A stretch of DNA of 32,000 nucleotides from Ferroglobus placidus DSM 10642 (GTDB lineage Archaea > Halobacteriota > Archaeoglobi > Archaeoglobales > Archaeoglobaceae), in contig NC_013849.1 in the NCBI RefSeq assembly GCF_000025505.1, positions 600,001 through 632,000 on the forward strand, read 5' to 3'. The notes beneath the pieces were generated by a model. It saw only the letters and a program-made list of their open reading frames with translations. It did not search any database and had not been told where the DNA came from. The position numbers and the translations under genes are program-made. This document shows, in pieces, positions 31,739-32,000 of the stretch (positions are counted from its first letter, which is position 1; each line of letters begins with the position of its first letter).

Positions 31739-31746
31739 CAGTTTTG
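31739..31746. repeat. target-site duplication, right copy (CAGTTTTG)
   Basis: Identical to 30973-30980. Confidence 0.8.
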
Positions 31747-31802
31747 ATTACAAATTAACAAAAAGCGAAAGCTTAAATTATTAATCTGGCGAGTTCCACT
31801 TA

Positions 31803-32000
31803 ATGGCTATAACTCCGATGGAAATTTACAAGCTGCTTCCCAAAACAAACTGCAAGAAGTGTGGAGAGCCCACCTGCATGAGTTTTGCCTTCAAAGTCAT
31901 TAACAGAGAAAAGCAAATAGAAGATTGCAAACCGCTTTTCGAGGAAGATAAGTACGCTAAGCAGAGAGAACAACTTTTGAAACTCCTCGAACCTCTAAAA
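31803..32000 (+). CDS. cdhE: acetyl-CoA decarbonylase/synthase complex gamma subunit (corrinoid Fe-S protein large subunit), N-terminal part; runs off window
   Basis: MAITPMEIYKLLPKTNCKKCGEPTCMSFAFKV...DCKPL carries the N-terminal C-x2-C-x4-C-x16-C [4Fe-4S] motif of CdhE/AcsC. A TATA-like AAGCTTAAATTATTAA lies ~25 nt upstream of the ATG. Confidence 0.8.
   Translation, partial: MAITPMEIYKLLPKTNCKKCGEPTCMSFAFKVINREKQIEDCKPLFEEDKYAKQREQLLKLLEPLK

Noticed and set aside
1-32000. Search for a CRISPR array or further cas genes to go with the Cas6 homologue
   Set aside because: No regularly spaced 24-40-bp direct repeats were seen in any intergenic region. The only repeats found are the 38-bp pair at 6083/7035, the 21-bp coding tandem repeats at 20289-20406 and the IS ends. 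No Cas1/2/3/5/7/10-like ORF is present.

Overview
This 32-kb chromosomal segment comes from a hyperthermophilic euryarchaeon and is most consistent with Archaeoglobaceae (Archaeoglobus, Ferroglobus or Geoglobus-like). Supporting gene content: a class I archaeal CCA-adding enzyme, TrmY, cupin-type PGI, the ACDS gamma subunit, a Sir2-Af-like sirtuin, a PGF-CTERM sorting signal and Glu/Lys/Ile-rich proteins. The species cannot be named without a database search. I count about 47 protein genes. They are packed very tightly, with many 4-nt ATGA/TTGA stop-start overlaps, and several genes look leaderless, with a TATA-like box about 25 nt upstream of the start codon. I saw no rRNA, tRNA or CRISPR array. 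Housekeeping content: a thpR-cca-MBL operon, AAA+ ATPase, HIT, GNAT, trmY, CBS, UPF0282, DUF72, an aconitase-family dehydratase large subunit, a Kef-type antiporter with its RCK subunit, argF, nadE, pgiA, and the start of cdhE. Unusual content: (1) an antitoxin/PIN-toxin cassette (6083-7072) bracketed by a 38-bp imperfect direct repeat that duplicates the trmY/GNAT junction. (2) A GNAT gene cut off from its ATG by a 1-nt offset in a T7 run. (3) An orphan cas6 overlapping a sirtuin gene start, with no CRISPR array or other cas gene nearby. (4) A divergent pair of surface-anchored multihaem cytochromes: an octahaem HAO-like protein with PGF-CTERM, and a hexahaem lipoprotein. (5) A 10-gene Mrp/Mbh-type antiporter-module operon with three NuoL/M/N-like subunits and one fused subunit carrying a novel soluble insert, but no redox module. 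(6) A 758-bp IS1-family element with intact 8-bp target duplication and an A7-run frame offset between orfA and orfB. All family assignments rest on motif recognition by eye and need profile searches to confirm.
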